DNA of 64,000 nt from Patescibacteria group bacterium (GCA_019752595.1 JAIELV010000001.1:489209-553208); one strand, 5' to 3'; shown: positions 37,430 through 48,636, counted from the first letter of the stretch. Numbers and translations: made by a program. The notes: a model not told the origin generated them from the letters alone.

Positions 37430-37758
37430 TTGCGGGGCCCGGATTCGAACCGGGGTCTGGAGGTTCTTTTACACTCAATGTTTCCAAAGAGAATGGACTA
37501 TCCCATGATCCCCGACGGGGACCCTTCCATTATAGTCTCTGAACCTTCCGAGCTCTGCCGCTGGCGGAGCTTGGCTTGGCTGCTGATTGCCGAATCTTCT
37601 TACTTTTCAAACCGTCGCGCTCACCCTTTCAGGTCACGCTGTGGCGTAAGAAGCTCTCACGGTGTTCCAGCAATTTAGAAAGTTTTTCCGTTGCCCGTTA
37701 CCGGACAAGGTCACGTTGTTCACATGAGCCTCCCGAGGTACCACTCCTCCACCCCGCT
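37430..37758 (-). tRNA. Initiator tRNA-fMet(CAT) interrupted by a group I intron
   Basis: Exon 1 (37758-37724) AGCGGGGTGGAGGAGTGGTACCTCGGGAGGCTCAT. Exon 2 (37465-37430) AACCTCCAGACCCCGGTTCGAATCCGGGCCCCGCAA. A1:A72 mismatch and A11-U24 are initiator features. Confidence 0.88.
37466..37723 (-). ncRNA. Group I self-splicing intron, 258 nt, no ORF
   Basis: P AATTGCTGGAAC, Q AATCAGCAG, R GTTCAGAGACTA, S GGGATAGTCC; P1 UCAU/GUGA with U.G at the splice site; terminal G. Confidence 0.9.
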
Positions 37759-37856
37759 ATGTAAATGTGCTAAAAGCTTAAAACTTAAAGCCTCGATAGA
37801 AGCATACAGAAATTCTCTTCAAACTTCAAGCTCGTGCGGTCACGAGTAGATAGAGA

Positions 37857-37884
37857 GAACTCCTACAGTTAACTGTAGGAGTTC
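37857..37884. repeat. Perfect 28-bp loopless palindrome
   Basis: GAACTCCTACAGTT|AACTGTAGGAGTTC. Confidence 0.85.
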
Positions 37885-37914
37885 AGCTACTGCCCCTGAA
37901 CAGACTCTATTCAC

Positions 37915-38670
37915 CTAGATAAAATCAAATTCTTCAAACACCTGCTCGTACAACTTCATAACGCGAAAAGCTTCCCGTTGCGTGAGTATGTAATCGGATG
38001 AACGTGCTGACACAAAATTTCGAATACGATGTGCTTCCCACGCGTTCGGCAATGTGACAAACGCATCCTCAGGAACCGCACGCAGACGCTCTGCGGTCGA
38101 ATCTCCTTGATATGAAAGTTTTAACAACAGTTCACCCAAAAACACATCCGCTTCAAGAATCGCAGAGCGCCACGCTTTGGGATCGCTTGAAATTGCCTGA
38201 TCTAACAGAAGTTGCCAGCGACTTCTAAGTCCGCTCGCAACAGCAGACTGTTTCGAAAGCGTTCCGTATGTCGCAAGCTCTTGATAGCGAATCATCAACA
38301 GCCCAATACCTGAGCCAAGAATGAGTAAAATAAGTAACCCTGAGGCGAAGTACGCAAGCGCGCTGTATATTCCCCACAAAAAACCAAGTATTCCTGCAAT
38401 AAGTGCAATCAAGGGAGCAAATGTATTTATGATTCCTGCAAACGCGCCAGAATACTCACCCCCCGAACTTGCACCACCACCGAAAAGCCACGCCCAGAAA
38501 TCAACAGTACCTGTGGGGGTTGAAGTTGCTACGGAAATATTTCCACTAACAGAACCATCAGGAATGATATTTCCAAACTCATCGACATACGTACATTTTC
38601 CGCCAAACAGCGAATATATCTGGCAGTACCACCAGTTAAGATTCAAGAACTTGAGATATGCGTACGACAT
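37915..38670 (-). CDS. Membrane protein, hypothetical
   Basis: TM segments, AILEAD...L, AWEAHRIRN; abuts gatA. Confidence 0.75.
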   Translation of the reverse strand: MSYAYLKFLNLNWWYCQIYSLFGGKCTYVDEFGNIIPDGSVSGNISVATSTPTGTVDFWAWLFGGGASSGGEYSGAFAGIINTFAPLIALIAGILGFLWGIYSALAYFASGLLILLILGSGIGLLMIRYQELATYGTLSKQSAVASGLRSRWQLLLDQAISSDPKAWRSAILEADVFLGELLLKLSYQGDSTAERLRAVPEDAFVTLPNAWEAHRIRNFVSARSSDYILTQREAFRVMKLYEQVFEEFDFI

Positions 38671-40089
38671 CTATGCGCCCTCACCTACAACATCTTTTGC
38701 AATACTGAACAAAGAAGCTTCGGTGTATTTCGGACTCATAAATTGTATACCCACGGGAAGCGAAACGTCGTCTCTCATCACAGTTGCTTTCGGAACAGAA
38801 ATCGCAGGAATACCAGTGAGGTTTGCTGGTGCTGCAAAAATATCTTCAAGATACATAGACACAGGATCGCTTTTTTCTCCGAGTTTGAATGCAGGCCCTG
38901 GTGTCGTGGGAGTTGCAATGTATGACACCGTATCAAACGCTTTCTTCAAATCTTCTGCCAGAACACCGCGAAGCGCCGTTGCTTTTCGGTAGTACGCATC
39001 ATAGTAGCCTGAGGTAAGCACGTAACTGCCCAAAATAATTCGTCTTCTCGTTTCTGCACCAAAACCTTCGGCGCGCGATTTTGCATACTCTTCAAACAAA
39101 TCTTTTCCTTCCGCGTGGTACCCGTAGCGCATGCCATCCAGGCGGGCGAGGTTTGTAGAAACTTCCGCAGGCATCACGATGTAGTACGCTGCAAGCCCAA
39201 ATGGCGCTGAAGGAAATTCTATGTCAACGATTTCATACCCTTTCGCCGAAAGTTCTTTTAACTCTTTTGCAAAAGCTTCTTGTACGTCGGGCTGTGCGTC
39301 TTTTACGAATGCCCATGGCACGCCAATCTTTTTATTTTTTGCCTGTTTTTCTGCGTAGTCAGGAAGCGTGGTGCCATCCAAAGGATCATGCCCTTTTGTT
39401 GCATTGAACACGGTCTCAACGTCGTACACGCTTCTCCCGAACGAACCAATTTGATCAAGTGATGAGCCCATCGCAATAAGACCTGAACGCGAAACCGCGC
39501 CGTAGGTCGGCTTTAACCCCACCAAACCGCACAACGAGGAGGGCTGTCTGATAGAGCCACATGTTTCAGAACCAAGAGCCACGGTAGCCAATTTGCCTGC
39601 GACAGCAGCTGCAGAACCACCTGAAGAACCGCCTGGTACACGCGATATATCGTAAGGGTTTCGCGCAGGCCCGTATGCTGAATGCTCTGTTGAAGAGCCC
39701 ATCGCAAATTCGTCCATGTTTGTCCTGCCCAAAAACACTGCTCCCTTTTCACGGAGTTTTTTCACCACCGTGGCGTCGTATGTTGCCGTGTGGTTCGCGA
39801 GAATTTTTGACGCCGCTGACGCAATTTTTCCTTTAATCAAAATGTTGTCCTTAAGCGCAACGGGGACGCCGAGAAGAGGATTCTGAGTATTCCCTTCTGA
39901 TGCAAGACGTGCGTCAGCAATCTTTGCCGAATCAACTGCATCAGAAAATACCTCAAGATACGCATTGAGTGCTCCGTTTTCTTTTTCGATTTTCTTTACA
40001 TGCGCTTCTGCGACGTCAACCGCAGAAAATTTCTTTGCCTGATACCCTGCCACCAAATCTCGAACACCTAAATCAGTGAGTTCAGCCAT
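38671..40089 (-). CDS. gatA: Asp/Glu-tRNA amidotransferase subunit A
   Basis: KDN, TNMDEFAMGSSTE, PGGSSGGSAAAV, NLARLDGMRYG, RRIILG. Confidence 0.97.
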   Translation of the reverse strand: MAELTDLGVRDLVAGYQAKKFSAVDVAEAHVKKIEKENGALNAYLEVFSDAVDSAKIADARLASEGNTQNPLLGVPVALKDNILIKGKIASAASKILANHTATYDATVVKKLREKGAVFLGRTNMDEFAMGSSTEHSAYGPARNPYDISRVPGGSSGGSAAAVAGKLATVALGSETCGSIRQPSSLCGLVGLKPTYGAVSRSGLIAMGSSLDQIGSFGRSVYDVETVFNATKGHDPLDGTTLPDYAEKQAKNKKIGVPWAFVKDAQPDVQEAFAKELKELSAKGYEIVDIEFPSAPFGLAAYYIVMPAEVSTNLARLDGMRYGYHAEGKDLFEEYAKSRAEGFGAETRRRIILGSYVLTSGYYDAYYRKATALRGVLAEDLKKAFDTVSYIATPTTPGPAFKLGEKSDPVSMYLEDIFAAPANLTGIPAISVPKATVMRDDVSLPVGIQFMSPKYTEASLFSIAKDVVGEGA

Positions 40090-40092
40090 ACG

Positions 40093-40383
40093 CTATCCAA
40101 GAATCTTTTTAACTTTCAGATACCCTTTCTCACTTCTTGGTGCCTGCGCCAAAAGTGCATCCGTGTGCTCCCCTGCTTCGTGCGTTGGCACATCCTCGCG
40201 CATCACATTCTCAATATCCAAATACACACTCCCCGAAGTTTGAGACGGAAGTTCCACTTTCTGAATCGTATCGATATACGCGAGGATTGATGAAATCTCT
40301 ACCTGGAGTTTTGCAACTTCTTCTTCCGTTAATGCAAGGCGCGAAAGCGTTGCAAGCTTCTTTACGTCGTCGGGGCCAATCAT
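40093..40383 (-). CDS. gatC: Asp/Glu-tRNA amidotransferase subunit C
   Basis: VKKLATLSRL, NVMRED, LAQAP....YLKV; upstream of gatA. Confidence 0.92.
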   Translation of the reverse strand: MIGPDDVKKLATLSRLALTEEEVAKLQVEISSILAYIDTIQKVELPSQTSGSVYLDIENVMREDVPTHEAGEHTDALLAQAPRSEKGYLKVKKILG

Positions 40384-40397
40384 TTCGCCATGATAGC

Positions 40398-40433
40398 AAA
40401 AAACCGCCCCGACGTAACGTCGGGGCGGTTTTT
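40398..40433. terminator. Intrinsic terminator
   Basis: AAAAAACCGCCCCGACGT-A-ACGTCGGGGCGGTTTTT. Confidence 0.8.
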
Positions 40434-40452
40434 CAAAAGGTGACCTTTTTAG

Positions 40453-41373
40453 TTAGTCAGCTCTCTTGTCGTGATCTCCATCGACTGCTTCTACAACAAC
40501 TACTTCATCCTCTTTTCTGTCATTTCCTTCAACAACGAGAGTTGGTTCCTGCTCAACTCCAGCAATATCGTCAGTGACTTCTTGAGAAGTCGCCTCAAGC
40601 GCTGCAATCAAAGCCTCAAATGCAGGCTTTGCTTTTTCAGGGTCAAGAGCGAGCGGTAATGGTGCTGCATCATCAGCACCTTCAGTTACAGTAACTGTTT
40701 CTAGCTGCGCCTTGAGTGCAGAAAGCGTTTCAGCAAGAGCTCCTTGCGCATCCGAAGAAAGCGAAGCATCTGCTGCCAAAACAGCGAGCGTGCCTCTGTC
40801 CTTTTGACCAATAGCAAATCTATCCGCAAGCGCGAGCAATTCTGCTCTGTTTCGCGCAACAAGTGCAGCGGCTTCATCCTCGACGACATCACCAACAACC
40901 TGCTCAACTTCTCCGTTCACTGCGACAGGAAGCGCGAGCTCAGCCTTCAAAAGTGCGACTGCTGCAACGATAGGGTCTTCTTCGCCTTCCTGCACTTCAG
41001 GTCGAGACTCTGAAACAACCAATAATGCAGCTGCTCTTCCTTCAGGGGAAAGCGTAACGTTCCAAATGGTCGTTCTTTGTTCCTCTTCAGGAATAGTGCT
41101 TCCTGGTGTCGGTGCAAGATTAAGCGATTTTAAGTATGCGATTATTTCGTCTGCTGAAGCGTCCGCAAAAGTCTCACGAGTCAGCTCTGCAACAGCAGCG
41201 ACTTCAAGCGGGGCCTCTTCAAGTCGTGCCTCATCTGCTACTGCTATAGGAGCAACGACTTCGGAACGCTGTCTCCTTGAGGTTACTCTTCTCCACAACG
41301 CTACAGCTTCCTCACCAAGAGTCTTTCGAGGAGCACTTACTGCTAATCCTTCTACTGTTGCTGCATCAGACAT
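40453..41373 (-). CDS. Acidic Ala/Glu-rich hypothetical protein
   Basis: 306-aa ORF filling the ligA-gatC gap. Confidence 0.65.
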   Translation of the reverse strand: MSDAATVEGLAVSAPRKTLGEEAVALWRRVTSRRQRSEVVAPIAVADEARLEEAPLEVAAVAELTRETFADASADEIIAYLKSLNLAPTPGSTIPEEEQRTTIWNVTLSPEGRAAALLVVSESRPEVQEGEEDPIVAAVALLKAELALPVAVNGEVEQVVGDVVEDEAAALVARNRAELLALADRFAIGQKDRGTLAVLAADASLSSDAQGALAETLSALKAQLETVTVTEGADDAAPLPLALDPEKAKPAFEALIAALEATSQEVTDDIAGVEQEPTLVVEGNDRKEDEVVVVEAVDGDHDKRAD

Positions 41374-41450
41374 ACAATTTCAAAAAATAAATACCATTAA
41401 TAGTCTCTATTGTTTACACCCGCGCGAGCTCGAATGCAAGGCTCCAGTTT

Positions 41451-43472
<2,022 letters not shown>

Positions 43473-43509
43473 CTAAAGCTCAAAGCGAGGACCTGAAAGC
43501 TTTCTGGTT

Positions 43510-44007
43510 TTAGTAGTTGACGCGTATCGCACGCTCAAGTCGCAAGGGGTTTTCTGTGTCACAGGTGTTATAGCCAAGTGACTCCATAATGGTTGTCGCG
43601 GTTGGGTATGGCCGACGCGTGACGGTCACAGTCGCACACGGTAGTGTTTCGGCACTTCCCCCAATCGGAAACGTAAACGAAGTAACGAGAGTATCGTTTG
43701 GAGAGTTCACGCTCTGTACAACGCGCGAAAGTTCAACTGGCGCTCCACCGCCACACGTTACCGTTGTTGCGCCCGAGGATGTTGCAAAGAGATCATTTTT
43801 CAAATCATGGTACAAGCCACATTCGATCCCTGTATCTGCAGCATAAAAAGAAAATTGTGATTCCCTGCCCGCAGATGAAAGAATAATTTCTTTCGAAACG
43901 ATGTCATAAATCGCAGAACCGAGTGCAATAAGTACGCTCGATACCAACACCGCGAGTAGTAGTGTGAACCCTCTTTGGACGTACGCTCTGTTTTGTTTTG
44001 TGCCCAT
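43510..44007 (-). CDS. PilX-like minor pilin
   Basis: RGFTLLLAVLV (no E5), SFYAADTGIEC. Confidence 0.8.
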   Translation of the reverse strand: MGTKQNRAYVQRGFTLLLAVLVSSVLIALGSAIYDIVSKEIILSSAGRESQFSFYAADTGIECGLYHDLKNDLFATSSGATTVTCGGGAPVELSRVVQSVNSPNDTLVTSFTFPIGGSAETLPCATVTVTRRPYPTATTIMESLGYNTCDTENPLRLERAIRVNY

Positions 44008-44010
44008 AGC

Positions 44011-44550
44011 CTACAGCCAGTTAAAGAAGTTTTCTGAAATGGTGAACGTGCGATTAATGCCTGCCGACACCCAACTTACGGTTACTTGCACGGTCACCTC
44101 ATCCGCACTCACGACTGTGATCGAAAGTTTTCTCGTATACAGAGATTGCAATCCCTTTGTGGTATTAAACAGAAATGTATCTTGGTCGACAAGAAGTGGT
44201 GCGCAAATTCCACTGGGACACACTTTGTGACTGAAATTCGGGAAATCAATCGTGCACACATCACCGTTTGAGCAAATTTCACCAGTCAAAAGCCCACTCA
44301 TCCATGGCTGGGTTGGTGACGCCAAATAATTTTGGTCTCGCTTTGCGCGCACGTACTCCAAACCTTCCTGTGCAAGATAAAACGCAGTCACTTGGTCGCG
44401 AGCATAGTAGGCAGTACGCAGCGCTTGTGCAGCAATCGACAGTGGACCCGCAAGAGACACGAGAAGAATTGCGGAGGCGACAAACGTTTCAATCAAAGTG
44501 AACCCGCGACGCGATTTTCTTACTTTCGAATGGAGAAGGTTTGTATGCAT
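44011..44550 (-). CDS. PilV-like minor pilin
   Basis: RGFTLIETFVA, AFYLAQEGLEYVR, VTVSW. Confidence 0.82.
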   Translation of the reverse strand: MHTNLLHSKVRKSRRGFTLIETFVASAILLVSLAGPLSIAAQALRTAYYARDQVTAFYLAQEGLEYVRAKRDQNYLASPTQPWMSGLLTGEICSNGDVCTIDFPNFSHKVCPSGICAPLLVDQDTFLFNTTKGLQSLYTRKLSITVVSADEVTVQVTVSWVSAGINRTFTISENFFNWL

Positions 44551-44553
44551 AGG

Positions 44554-45132
44554 TTAGAGGTCAAGTAATCGCTGAACCACACTCGATTGAATAGTAAACT
44601 GGGTCGAACCCCCAGGCACGCTGGCAGAACCCTTGATGCGCATCAGAATCCTTGGCTGAATCCCATCGCCACGAACCGAACCGATAACAAAGAAATCAAA
44701 CGTATCAATACTTACCTCGGGTGCGGTTAAGGCCACCCATGTATTGCTTGCTCCTGAGAATAATGAACGCTCAAGTTGTGTGCCGTTCAAACGGTACACA
44801 ATCTGATCATTTGATTCTGACGAATCTCCTTCTGCAGATTCAAACGCCAAGAGCACTCCACCGTCATCGGGGCAATCCTGCGGATCATCGAGTGTTGCGG
44901 GAGCGGGCGGAATCGAAGAGTTACTGCAGTAATAGGATGTCCCGACGCGCATGGAGCGCGACATTGATTCAACTGCAGCGTTCAGGTTATTCATCACAGA
45001 ATTAATTGCTTGCGCGCGACGATTTGTTTCCACCAAAGATAAGAGTGCGCCGACGCCAATAAGCATCACGATTGCAAAAATCGAAACCGCAACCATGAGT
45101 TCAATTAACGTGAAAGCTCTATGCGAAGACAT
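44554..45132 (-). CDS. PilW-like minor pilin
   Basis: RAFTLIELMVAVSIF. Confidence 0.82.
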   Translation of the reverse strand: MSSHRAFTLIELMVAVSIFAIVMLIGVGALLSLVETNRRAQAINSVMNNLNAAVESMSRSMRVGTSYYCSNSSIPPAPATLDDPQDCPDDGGVLLAFESAEGDSSESNDQIVYRLNGTQLERSLFSGASNTWVALTAPEVSIDTFDFFVIGSVRGDGIQPRILMRIKGSASVPGGSTQFTIQSSVVQRLLDL

Positions 45133-45224
45133 GTGATGTATTGATTATAGCAAGCAAGAACAGCGTTACTTACGAAAAGAGCGCGTACTCACTGTGTCGA
45201 AGGGGTGGGTGAAAAAACGGGGCG

Positions 45225-46439
45225 CTATGGATCGAAACAAAAACCTTGGCATCCTCCTCCTTGATAAAACGATTCGTAGTAGCTCTGATAGTAGCCTTGT
45301 GCGTAGTAATTAGACTGCGCGTAGTAACTCGATTGAGCGTAGTATGCGGACTGCGCGTAGTACGACGACTGGGCATAATAGTTTGATTGTGCATAGTATG
45401 CAGATTGTGCGTAGTATGCAGACTGACCATAGTATGAAGATTGCGTATAGTACGAGCTCTGCGCGTAGTAGTTTGATTGCGCGTAGTAGCTAGACTGGGA
45501 ATAGCAGGCACTGCAACTTCCTGCAGAACAACCACAAGAACACGTTTGCTGTATCTGTTGCGTACAGTTGTTTATGACGTTACTACCCGAACATACGTTT
45601 GATGGGGTACAGCACGCACCAGAAGCACATACCTGTGGAGAGGTACATGTCGATGTGATAGTCCCGCATGAATTCACCACACTATTTCCTGAACAAGTAT
45701 ATTCTGATGTCGGCGTACACGAATTGCATGCATCTGAACCATTGGTGCATCCGTACGTGCATGTTTGCACCACCTGATTCGTACAGCTATTTCTCAACTT
45801 CCCTCCCGAGCACACGCTCTGAGGTGTACAACTAGAGAAACTGGTATAGGTTGATTCAGGGTTGACCGCAATTTGCCCAGTTGAAGCTACACTCAAACTT
45901 CGCACCTCCCCCGCCGAAGAAACAACGCTGATTTCTGCTGATGAATAGCCACTATAGATATTTGAATTAATGTGTGCGTCGGGGTCAGGCCGAAGAAAAA
46001 TAATATCGAGTTTTGAGATTGTAACTGCGGTGGAGCCATCCGAACATTGCTCTTCGCCTGTTGATTTCGTACCGCAAAACTTTAAGAGACTATGCTGATT
46101 GTTCATCGAATACTCTTTAAGTACTGAATCTACGCCACTGTCATAGCTTGTGTTTTCGTTCGTATCAGCAAAAAATACGTACTTTGTTTTGTTTGTCGTA
46201 TCAACGTGAACACCATAGCCTGTGGTGAAGTCATTGTTATAATCCTGCACGGAAAGCCCATATACTTGCGCTTCGCGAACCGCGAGTGCGATGTTGTAGG
46301 CAAGACTTCCCAGCAAGACCGAGCTATTGAAACGCGAATGATTCGCCAACACCACAAGAGAGATGGAAGTAAAAATTCCCACCACTACCAAAAGTTCCAT
46401 GAGAGAAAATCCGCGTACTGTTTTTGAAAAAATTTTCAT
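45225..46439 (-). CDS. FimT/GspH-like minor pilin with Cys-rich region and YYAQS repeat tail
   Basis: RGFSLMELLVV, VREAQVYG; C-terminal Cys repeats and (YYxQSx)n. Confidence 0.85.
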   Translation of the reverse strand: MKIFSKTVRGFSLMELLVVVGIFTSISLVVLANHSRFNSSVLLGSLAYNIALAVREAQVYGLSVQDYNNDFTTGYGVHVDTTNKTKYVFFADTNENTSYDSGVDSVLKEYSMNNQHSLLKFCGTKSTGEEQCSDGSTAVTISKLDIIFLRPDPDAHINSNIYSGYSSAEISVVSSAGEVRSLSVASTGQIAVNPESTYTSFSSCTPQSVCSGGKLRNSCTNQVVQTCTYGCTNGSDACNSCTPTSEYTCSGNSVVNSCGTITSTCTSPQVCASGACCTPSNVCSGSNVINNCTQQIQQTCSCGCSAGSCSACYSQSSYYAQSNYYAQSSYYTQSSYYGQSAYYAQSAYYAQSNYYAQSSYYAQSAYYAQSSYYAQSNYYAQGYYQSYYESFYQGGGCQGFCFDP

Positions 46440-47086
46440 GGTGATGGCTCTCCAGGTTCAACGGGAACAAACGTATTACCCGAACTCACGGCAATCTGAC
46501 CTGTAGATGCAACAGAGACGGTGCGCATTTCACCTGCAGTTGAGCCTACAGCAATTTTTGCTGAGGAATACATATCCGTGCGATCAGAAGAAATATACGC
46601 GTCGGGGTCAGGACGGAAAAACACAATATCTAAATTATCTATGCCAATCGTTGTTGAACCGTCTGAACATTCTTCAACTCCTGTGGATTTAATACCACAA
46701 AACTTCACAATGCTGTGCTGGGCGTTCAAGGTATACCGCTTTACAATCGCATCCGCATCCTTATCGTAGGTTTTGTTGCCATTCGTATCAGCAAAAAAAA
46801 TATATTCAGCGCCGTTCCCTGCTTCAACGTGCACGCCGTATCCAGATTTAAAACTACTGTTGTATTGCTGAACGGAAACGCCATACACCTGCGCTTCACG
46901 CACAGAAACTGCAATTGAATAGGCAAGATTCCCTAAAAGTACGGAGCTATTAAATTTGGAGTGGTTCGCAAGAATGACGACCGAGATGGTAGAAAAAATA
47001 CCAATCACTACCAAAAGCTCCATCAGGGAGAAACCCCGAAGCACCTTCACCGCATTCCGCTGTACCATATAATTTCGGAAAGCCAT
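46436..47086 (-). CDS. FimT/GspH-like minor pilin, paralog of 45225-46439
   Basis: RGFSLMELLVVIGIF, VREAQVYG, IVFFRPDPDA, SVASTGQIAV. The start may be 47068. Confidence 0.85.
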   Translation of the reverse strand: MAFRNYMVQRNAVKVLRGFSLMELLVVIGIFSTISVVILANHSKFNSSVLLGNLAYSIAVSVREAQVYGVSVQQYNSSFKSGYGVHVEAGNGAEYIFFADTNGNKTYDKDADAIVKRYTLNAQHSIVKFCGIKSTGVEECSDGSTTIGIDNLDIVFFRPDPDAYISSDRTDMYSSAKIAVGSTAGEMRTVSVASTGQIAVSSGNTFVPVEPGEPSP

Positions 47087-47901
47087 GCACCGAACCCGAT
47101 TGGAGAAATGCTTGTAAAGAGTGCAAGCAATACGCCGAACGCGAGAAACGGCACAAACGGCAGTTCTGTCTTCATGGTAACGCGCTTGAAGCCGAGCGAC
47201 AATCGAAACAGTTTTAAAATGGAGGATAACAGCATCACGCCGAGATACAAAAGTGTTCCGCTCCAGACCGCAAACATGAGTGCTTCAATACCACGAAACA
47301 AGCCGAGCAGGAGCCCCACGGCGCCTGCAATATAGACGTCGCCCATACCCATACCTCTCCCCTTTGTGACAAGATGAAGTGCGTACAAAAATCCAGAGAG
47401 CGCCACGCCTCCTGCGAGTGAATCTAAAAGTGGGTCGTACGAACTGATAGCAAACGATTGAAACAGCGGAGCGAGGAGCGCAGATACAACAAGCACATAG
47501 ATAAAGGGCATCGGTACCAGCGTGTGACGTACGTCATACACTACAAGCGCAACAAGTGAAGAAAGGAACACAAGAAGTGCTACAAACGCCGCGATGGAGA
47601 AAAAAGAAAACGCGGGCGGAATACTATGCCACGCCAAAAGAAAAAGTGAGGCGACCAAAAGTTCGACAATTGGGTATTGCGCTGAAAGCGCGCTCCCGCA
47701 CGCTCGACATTTTCCTGAGAGCAGGAAATATGAAAGAACGGGAATCAAATCGTACGAACGAATTTGCACCCCACACGCCATGCAGTGAGAGCGGTCTTGT
47801 TTTGATTCAGAAAAACCGAAACGGAGAATAACCACATTCAAGAAACTTCCAACCGCAAGACCAAGAAAACCAAGAAAAACGTACGGGATTACCGTGAGCA
47901 T
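47047..47901 (-). CDS. pilD: Prepilin peptidase
   Basis: GSFLNVVI.R, SHCMAC, GKCRAC, YD, GMGDV, LPFVPFL. The true start is MLTVIP (TGGTACACT 7 nt upstream). Confidence 0.93.
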   Translation of the reverse strand: MLTVIPYVFLGFLGLAVGSFLNVVILRFGFSESKQDRSHCMACGVQIRSYDLIPVLSYFLLSGKCRACGSALSAQYPIVELLVASLFLLAWHSIPPAFSFFSIAAFVALLVFLSSLVALVVYDVRHTLVPMPFIYVLVVSALLAPLFQSFAISSYDPLLDSLAGGVALSGFLYALHLVTKGRGMGMGDVYIAGAVGLLLGLFRGIEALMFAVWSGTLLYLGVMLLSSILKLFRLSLGFKRVTMKTELPFVPFLAFGVLLALFTSISPIGFGAWLSEIIWYSGMR

Positions 47902-47919
47902 AAAGCGCAGTGTACCAAC

Positions 47920-47947
47920 AAAAAACCCCGCATATGCGGGGTTTTTT
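47920..47947 (-). terminator. Terminator after the major pilin
   Basis: AAAAAACCCCGC-ATAT-GCGGGGTTTTTT. Confidence 0.85.
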
Positions 47948-47965
47948 GAAGCAGTCTTAGGAAGA

Positions 47966-48511
47966 CTATGGCTTCTGGTCGTAACAGAGCTCGGTTGGAG
48001 TTGTTTGACCCTGTGGTGTACCTGATGCAGACGTACACTGCGTGATGCCTGAAACGGCGGCACCTGCGCCAGTTCCATCGAACTCTGCTGCACTACCCGT
48101 ACAAACGGTAGTAGAAACAGCTGCGTCAATGTCACCAAGGAGTGCCTGGTTGGAGGCTTCTTCAAGTACTGCTCCCAAGTGGTAGCTCGTACCAGAAGTA
48201 CAACCTGATGCACCTGTTGCCGAATACACATAGGCACGTGAAGAAACAGGGTCAGCTGGAATTGCAGCGATGTATTGCGGAGCAAGCGCAGCAAGCGTTG
48301 CAGGATATCCTCCGTTTGAATCGAAATACAAAGCGAGCGCGAGCTGAAGCTGCTTGATGTCAGCAATACGACGGGTGTCGCGGCTCTTCAATCGAGCAGT
48401 GTTCAAGGATGCCAACACGACTGATGAAAGAATACCGATGATTGCGATAACTACCAAGAGCTCAATCAAGGTGAAGCCCTTTGCGGTTTTCTGTGAAGTA
48501 ATACTCATCAT
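47966..48511 (-). CDS. Probable major type IV pilin
   Basis: KGFTLIELLVVIAIIGILSSVVLASLNTAR.KSRD..R.ADI; has its own terminator. Confidence 0.9.
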   Translation of the reverse strand: MMSITSQKTAKGFTLIELLVVIAIIGILSSVVLASLNTARLKSRDTRRIADIKQLQLALALYFDSNGGYPATLAALAPQYIAAIPADPVSSRAYVYSATGASGCTSGTSYHLGAVLEEASNQALLGDIDAAVSTTVCTGSAAEFDGTGAGAAVSGITQCTSASGTPQGQTTPTELCYDQKP

Positions 48512-48636
48512 AAATATATTAAAAATACTAAAAATAATTTGGTAATAGCAACCTAACGACACTAATCGAGGTTCACCCTACATTGTAGCCGTAAGAGGGG
48601 GGCGAGGTTCTCAAAATGTGGATAAAGGGACGCTAC

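Noticed and set aside
37379-37764. Plus-strand ORFs over the intron as an intron-encoded protein
   Set aside because: They are antisense to the tRNA/intron and have no nuclease motifs.
45280-45505. 18-nt periodic repeats resembling a CRISPR array
   Set aside because: They are in-frame coding repeats with synonymous variation and no unique spacers, and there are no cas genes in the window.
45225-47086. Paralogous pilins as a diversity-generating retroelement TR/VR pair
   Set aside because: Differences are spread over all bases and both copies are full genes; there is no reverse transcriptase in the window.
47902-48366. N-terminal extension of the 439-aa ORF 47047-48366
   Set aside because: It overlaps the pilin gene in another frame and crosses a terminator; PilD homology and a promoter start at 47901.
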